In this document: piece by piece, positions 58,378-64,000 of the stretch
Layout: every line of letters begins with the position of its first letter
Numbering within the stretch: the first letter of the stretch is position 1
Source: Rhodospirillales bacterium
GTDB taxonomy: Bacteria; Pseudomonadota; Alphaproteobacteria; Bin95
Length of the DNA stretch: 64,000 nucleotides
Assembly: GCA_038143065.1 (NCBI GenBank)
Contig: JAYQLI010000035.1
Span: 576,001 to 640,000, forward strand
Direction: 5' to 3'
The notes under the pieces: generated by a model
Told to the model about the DNA's origin: nothing
Database searches by the model: none
What the model saw: only the letters and a program-made list of their open reading frames with translations
Made by a program: the position numbers and the translations under genes

Positions 58378-59262
58378 ATGAGACTCTCATTTTCCACTTT
58401 AGTGTTGGCTGGCCTGTTAGGGATCATGTCATTGACATCTACAGGTGCGATTGCTGCTAGCAATGTAGGTCCAAAAAAATGTCAAGAATGCCATCGAGCT
58501 GAGCATGATGTATGGAAAGGTAGCGCGCATTTTAAGGCTTTCCGAGGTGCTCACAAAGCGAAAGGTGCTAAGGAAATAGCCAAAGCATCAGGTGGCGGCA
58601 AATCAATGAGACGAAACCAGGTGTGTGTGGCATGCCATTACACCGAAGTAGGCGGAAAGCCAAAAGCAGGCCCTTCTTGTGAGAGCTGTCATGGCGGCGC
58701 CTCAGAGTGGCTTTCGATACACAATGATAAAGCAATGCCGAAAGAGCAACGATTAGCTGCTGCTAAGGACGCTGGGATGATTCATTCCTCAATGCTTTTT
58801 GAAATTGCTCAAAATTGTAATGGCTGCCACACAATGCAGAATGTAGACCCTGCAATGGCTGGGAAACTCATTGATGCTGGCCATCCTATCAATGGTGATT
58901 ACGAGTTAGTTAAGTATAGCCAAGGTCAAGTTCGGCATCGTTTCTACCCTCCTGACGTCACCGTAAACCAAGAAATGTCGAAGTCCGAATTGGCTAATAT
59001 GTTTCTAACAGGTCATGCTGTTGGTCTGGTTTATGCGACTAACGGTATCGCTAAGTCCGATAATGCCAAGTACAAGGCCGAAATGCAGAAGCGGGTAGAT
59101 GCAGCCACCAAGGCTCTAGGAGCAGTAAAAGATCAAATTCCTGCTGCTAATAAGCTTCTATCAAGCCCTAACGAAGGTAATGCTAGAAGTTTTATTACTG
59201 AAATCACTGGTAAAGATCTATCAGCCGCAGTAGGTGCGATGTTGCCCAGCAGCTACAAGTAA
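58378..59262 (+). CDS. Exported tetraheme c-type cytochrome (c554-like N-terminal domain plus helical C-terminal domain)
   Basis: Sec-type signal peptide ending AIA; four CxxCH motifs: CQECH, CVACH, CESCH, CNGCH. Confidence 0.9.
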   Translation: MRLSFSTLVLAGLLGIMSLTSTGAIAASNVGPKKCQECHRAEHDVWKGSAHFKAFRGAHKAKGAKEIAKASGGGKSMRRNQVCVACHYTEVGGKPKAGPSCESCHGGASEWLSIHNDKAMPKEQRLAAAKDAGMIHSSMLFEIAQNCNGCHTMQNVDPAMAGKLIDAGHPINGDYELVKYSQGQVRHRFYPPDVTVNQEMSKSELANMFLTGHAVGLVYATNGIAKSDNAKYKAEMQKRVDAATKALGAVKDQIPAANKLLSSPNEGNARSFITEITGKDLSAAVGAMLPSSYK

Positions 59263-59428
59263 GGTTTTTAGGGAATTAACCTAGTGCCTCTTATTAAACG
59301 CGAGCTCAAGACCTTAAAACCAAGCTGCAGGTTACCTTTAGTTTTGGGATTTTGTCTTACTGTTGAGGGATCCGGAAAAATATTTGTTAGTTCGCATCAT
59401 CACAGCTTAGGATCTAAAGGAGGACGGG

Positions 59429-61069
59429 TTGGCAGTTGCAACTAGGTTAACAAGGCCTCAACGCTGGGACAGGCCTTTTGACCCTGCGATGTCGCAGAGT
59501 CGACTAGATTTGTTGATGCAGAATTCTGTTATTGATGCGATAGATTCTGAAGCTTTCCCTAAGACAATTCCTCTATCGGGAATTATCGAAAATGATACTA
59601 GATTATTACAATTTTCGGCCGGAGAAATTGTTGTACGTGAAGGGGACTATGGAAATTCAGCTTTTTTGGTACTTTCCGGTAAGGTTCAGGTTGTAATTAA
59701 TCCTCCGCTATCTGCAGAACAAATTGGACGGGAAAACACACCTCCATCTCGATTTAGCAACGCTGTCGCTCAAATATTTAGACGCAGAACGGCACCTGAA
59801 GTTCGTGACCTCAATCGTTATGGACAATTAGGTCTTTCAAACTCGGATCAAACTTCGAATTCAGATAAACAGGCTGTTTTCCTTCAAGATTTTCCGATGA
59901 TATTAAGGGATAGAGACACGGCCGAAATTGGAGAAGGAAGTCTTTTTGGAGAGCTTGCTGCTCTTGGGCGTACACCCCGGTCGGCTTCAATTATTTGCAG
60001 TGAAGACGCTGAACTTTTGGAAATTCGCTGGCAAGGCCTCAGGGAATTACGCAGATTTGATGCTGGATGGCGTCGCCAAATAGACGAAAATTACAGGAAA
60101 AATGCTCTTTTAGCGCACCTTCAGGATACCCCTCTTTTCTCAAAGCTTTCGTCGGAGACTCTCGCTACGATAGCATCAGCTACATTATTTGAGACATATG
60201 GGTCTTTTGATTGGAGTTCTTCTTTTCAGCGGTCTGGAGCAGAAGATGCCCTGCGCAGCGAGCCCGTTATTGCTCGAGAAGGTGAGTATCCCGATGGCCT
60301 ACTCTTAGTGAGAGCAGGTTTTGCGAGAGTTTCCGTCAAGCAAGGTTCTGGGGAGCGAACGCTAACATACTTGGGAGCTGGGGACACATTTGGACTGCAT
60401 GAGTTATATCACGGCTGGCAGGGCTCAGAAGCGCTAAATGGAACAACTCTTAGAGCAATAGGCTATGTAGATGCTCTGAGGGTCCCAACCCACATTCTAG
60501 AGGAACATGTTTTCCCTACGCTTTTATCTGCACCTGACAGTCTTCTAGATTTTGCGCGACGTCCGTTAGCGGAAGACGCAATGCAAGAATGGTTAGTTGA
60601 GCAACGGTTCATCAACGGAACAAAAGGTATGCTCATTAACCTCGATAAGTGCGTGAGGTGCGATGATTGTGTGCGTGCGTGTGCCTCTACGCATGACGGG
60701 AACCCTAGATTTATCCGACACGGTAAGACTCACGATCACTGGATGGTAGCAAACGCCTGTATGCATTGTGCTGATCCAGTTTGCATGATCGGGTGCCCAA
60801 CCGGGGCGATCCATCGATCACTTACTGGAGGATCCGTTGTCATAAATGACGATACATGTATCGGTTGCGGAACGTGCGCTAATTCTTGTCCCTACAATAA
60901 CATTAGATTGGTGGAAATTAGAGATTTAGCAGGTCGGCCTGTTCAGGATGAAGCAACCGGAACACCAATCCGCAAAGCGACAAAATGTGATTTATGCTCA
61001 GGAATTCCAGGCGGCCCTGCATGTGAACGGGCCTGTGCTCATGGCGCGCTACAGCGTGTTAGTTTTTAG
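59429..61069 (+). CDS. Fusion of two cyclic-nucleotide-binding domains and a four-[4Fe-4S] ferredoxin
   Basis: AAAGGAGG SD before TTG. CNB1: VVREGDYGNSAFLVLSGKV..FGELAALGRTPRSAS. CNB2: IAREGEYPDGLLLVRAG..LGAGDTFG. Sixteen Cys in four groups of DmsB/NrfC type. Confidence 0.9.
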   Translation: MAVATRLTRPQRWDRPFDPAMSQSRLDLLMQNSVIDAIDSEAFPKTIPLSGIIENDTRLLQFSAGEIVVREGDYGNSAFLVLSGKVQVVINPPLSAEQIGRENTPPSRFSNAVAQIFRRRTAPEVRDLNRYGQLGLSNSDQTSNSDKQAVFLQDFPMILRDRDTAEIGEGSLFGELAALGRTPRSASIICSEDAELLEIRWQGLRELRRFDAGWRRQIDENYRKNALLAHLQDTPLFSKLSSETLATIASATLFETYGSFDWSSSFQRSGAEDALRSEPVIAREGEYPDGLLLVRAGFARVSVKQGSGERTLTYLGAGDTFGLHELYHGWQGSEALNGTTLRAIGYVDALRVPTHILEEHVFPTLLSAPDSLLDFARRPLAEDAMQEWLVEQRFINGTKGMLINLDKCVRCDDCVRACASTHDGNPRFIRHGKTHDHWMVANACMHCADPVCMIGCPTGAIHRSLTGGSVVINDDTCIGCGTCANSCPYNNIRLVEIRDLAGRPVQDEATGTPIRKATKCDLCSGIPGGPACERACAHGALQRVSF

Positions 61070-61080
61070 AAGGAAACGCT

Positions 61081-61908
61081 GTGGTGCACACCCCTAAATC
61101 AACTTTATCGTTTGGATTGACCTTTTCTCTTGTTGCCGTGTTATGCCTTATAGGTCTAGCCTATTTTTCTCACCAGGAAATGTTGAACCTAAGTGACGCC
61201 TCTTTTGTGACTGTCTGGATACTTCTTGGGATAATGTTTTCACTAGGTATTTTTAATATACGAAAACGTATGTCAGCTCTTCCTCTAGGGCGAGCCGCTT
61301 ACTGGCTGACGTTGCATGTAGTGCTAGGTTTCTTTGCAGTCGGCACATTTCTTGTTCATACTAATTATGTTTGGCCTACCGGAGTATATGAACAGCTGTT
61401 GGCTAGTCTTTTCTGGCTCACAGCAGTCTCAGGGATGTTAGGTTGGCTGTATCAGAGAGCGATACCGCGGCGGCTATCCAGAATCGGGTATGAAGTTATC
61501 TTTGAGCGCGTCCCTGCTGAAATTGCACATCTTCGTGAAGAAGCAGAAGCGGCTGCTCTTGAAGCAGTAGGTAACAGTGGTGAACCAACCTTGGGCCGTT
61601 TCTACTCAGAAACATTAGATTGGTTTTTTCAGCGCCCACGTTTTGCCATATCGCATCTCTTGGGAACTGGTGCTGCTGCTCATTGGCTAGAGCATCGTAT
61701 CGCTGCTGTACGAAGATTGTTAGGTTCTGCCGAACTAAAAGCACTTGATGAAATCGAAAAAATAGCTCAACTAAAGATTTCAGTAGATGCTCACTATGCA
61801 ATTCAACGATCACTCAAACTTTGGGTTTTTGCGCACGTTTTGCTGACTTCAGCAACCCTCTCATTGTCTGTTTGGCATCTCATTTTGGTTCATGTGTACG
61901 CTAGATGA
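61081..61908 (+). CDS. Integral membrane protein with two His-x13-His helices (putative diheme cytochrome b)
   Basis: About 5 TM segments; HVVLGFFAVGTFLVH and HVLLTSATLSLSVWH. Confidence 0.7.
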   Translation: MVHTPKSTLSFGLTFSLVAVLCLIGLAYFSHQEMLNLSDASFVTVWILLGIMFSLGIFNIRKRMSALPLGRAAYWLTLHVVLGFFAVGTFLVHTNYVWPTGVYEQLLASLFWLTAVSGMLGWLYQRAIPRRLSRIGYEVIFERVPAEIAHLREEAEAAALEAVGNSGEPTLGRFYSETLDWFFQRPRFAISHLLGTGAAAHWLEHRIAAVRRLLGSAELKALDEIEKIAQLKISVDAHYAIQRSLKLWVFAHVLLTSATLSLSVWHLILVHVYAR

Positions 61909-63973
61909 CTGATACAACAAACCGATACGATCACGATAGCTCGCCTTATGAACGACCTAATCTTCCCTTCCGCTGTGGGCGAGAGGCGGCGTTTGGGAAA
62001 CCATGCCCCAGAGGGCCCACTCTTAATGGAGCTTGTCAAGGGATCTCAGACTGTACCCCGTTTCAAACGAGAAAATCAGTAGTAGACGAAGAGACTGGCG
62101 AACAACGTGAAATATTACGCTGGGAGTGCCGGAGACCCACATGGGCAGGAGGCCCTTGCTCACAAGGCCCTAAACCGGATGGAACTTGTTCTTGTACCCA
62201 CCCACCCTGCGCGCCTCGCCCCACCATCCGTCGTCAACGTGGACGATGGGCTCTTTTGGCTGTAGCTGCGGTTTTTGCCCTTGCCATTGCACTAATGGGT
62301 TTTGGAGGTGCACCTACGCTACCAAGTTCTATCGATCCCGGACAGCTATCTGGTAAACACGCCCAATTTACGGCAGCTGAGGGTTGCGTGGCATGTCATG
62401 ACAGCCATTCCACCTCGCTCGTTGGATGGGTAGGAGCGGTATTTAGTAAAAATACAATTTCTGACTCCTGTGTTTCATGCCATTCCTTTGGTAAAGAACC
62501 GGTTATTGGAAATGAGCCTTCGAAAAATGCCTTGTTGTTCGCAGCCCATAACTGGAATTTTCCAAATAATCCCGATGCGCTAGCCACTAATTGTCAGGGC
62601 TGCCATACAGAGCATAAGGGTGAACTAGCATCGATTACGCCGTTGGTAGATGGTCAGTGTGCGGGTTGCCATACTGAAAAATTTGACAATTTTTCAAAAG
62701 GACATCCTGAGTTCTCAAATACTTTCCCCAATCAAAATCCGCGCACAATAAAATTTTCTCACAGTAATCACTTAGAAGAGTATTTCGCAGATAGTCGTTA
62801 CAAAGAGCTGGCGCCTAAAGAAAATTGTGTGTCATGCCACACTAAACAGGAAAATGGACGACTGTTACCCGGGAGTTTTGATACTGGGTGTGCTGGTTGT
62901 CATGAGCAAGCCATTCGAGAACAAGGCTTTGCTGTAATTGGTTTGCCTGAACTCAGTGATCCTACACTAACAGCAGATGGCGCTGAAACATGCGGTTTCT
63001 CCCAGGCAGAAATAGAGCCTGCAAAAACTCTAATAAGTGCAATTTCTGACTCTATAAGTTCACTTAATTCAGTATCGGAAGCATTTGAAAGAAATAACTC
63101 CTCAGATCTCCAAACAGCGGTAACTGCAGCCGCAGATACCGCGGACGCGCTCGCTGAAACTAAAACTGAACTTGAGGAGGCTTTTGATCGAGAAGAAGCA
63201 GTTTCGCTGGAATACCTTCCCGAAGTTTTATCATATCTTTTAAAACATCCTTCAGATGATTTAGACGCTTACAGCGAGGATGTTGCAAGCCTGCTAATTG
63301 AGCTTGCTCAAAATGGATATGAACCTCTATCGGAATTGCTCGAAGCGACGGGAGGCTCCGCGAACAATCTTTTGGCGGGTCTCTCTGATGAGCTCGTACA
63401 GCGTGTGGTCTGTGCCTGGACCGCTAACCAGGAATACGAAGCACTTAGAGATCCAGAACCAGGTAAAGGCTGGCAAGCCAGCCCTTATCAAATCAGTTAC
63501 ATGCCGACTGGTCACTCGGATAGCGTTGTTAGAAATTGGATTGAATTTTCTCTTAGTGAGGAGGTTCGTGAGAGTGATTTGGGAAATCAAATTACTGAAA
63601 AAATGCTTCATCCTGCGGATGGACCAGGACGCTGCTTTAAGTGCCATGTTGCCCCGGTATCAGAATCTTCTTTACCGACCGTATCTTGGAAAATTCCCAG
63701 TGAAGACCTGCGACCTTTCACCGAGTTTAATCATACCCCTCACTTGAATGTCTTAAACGTTGGTTCGGGCTGCGCGACTTGCCATCAAAGCGTGGAAACT
63801 TCAAAAGTTACCTCTGGAAAAGAAAAAAAAATTCTCCTTCACACCCTAAAGAATTTGGACCAATTAAAAAATCTGTTTGTAGCGATTGCCATAAAGAAGG
63901 TGGTGTGCAACAAACCTGTGTAACTTGTCATCAATATCATACCGAGCCAACTATCAGAAAACGACAAAATTAA
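61905..63973 (+). CDS. Membrane-anchored decaheme c-type cytochrome with Cys-rich N-terminus (frameshift in A-run 63823-63831)
   Basis: Eight CxxCH in ORF 61905..63923 (CVACH, CVSCH, CQGCH, CAGCH, CVSCH, CAGCH, CFKCH, CATCH) plus CSDCH and CVTCH in ORF 63779..63973; single TM after RRQRGR. Confidence 0.88.
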
Positions 63974-63984
63974 GGAACGACGAC

Positions 63985-64000
63985 ATGACGAACCAGAGCT
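63985..64000 (+). CDS. Probable start of the next gene in the operon (MTNQS.., truncated by the window end)
   Basis: TAAGGA SD-like sequence overlaps the decaheme stop; ATG at 63985. Only five codons are visible. Confidence 0.4.

Noticed and set aside
63823-63831. A9 run as a programmed -1 frameshift giving 8- versus 10-heme isoforms
   Set aside because: It cannot be distinguished from the many other homopolymer errors in this window; needs accurate reads.

Overview
This is a gene-dense bacterial chromosome segment with alphaproteobacterial gene order (mltB-rlpA-dacA-tmk-holB-metG-tatD; holC-pepA / surA-pdxA-rsmA; prs-rplY-pth; ubiA / rsmE-gshA; rlmE-guaB-guaA). The taxon is inferred from synteny only. 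More than 20 genes, several of them essential, are split by small indels that lie mostly in homopolymers. I read these as long-read consensus errors, not pseudogenes, and give joined coordinates. Accessory content: selA-selB, an arsenate-detoxifying gapdh-arsJ pair behind gshA, many catabolic enzymes (BadI/MenB-like crotonase plus CoA ligase, an F420-type LLM oxidoreductase, two ThDP enzymes, CoA transferase, OYE) and ClC and K+ channels. The best candidate for an undescribed system is at the right end (58378 to beyond 64000). It encodes an exported tetraheme cytochrome c, a cytoplasmic protein fusing two cyclic-nucleotide-binding domains to a 16-Cys four-[4Fe-4S] ferredoxin, a membrane protein with two His-x13-His pairs (diheme-b-like), and a membrane-anchored decaheme cytochrome c with a Cys-repeat N-terminus. 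Together these suggest a cyclic-nucleotide-responsive transmembrane electron conduit. Also notable: lptF-lptG-lptD are absent from their usual position between pepA and surA. I saw no rRNA, tRNA, CRISPR array or mobile element. All calls come from reading motifs by eye; no database searches were run.
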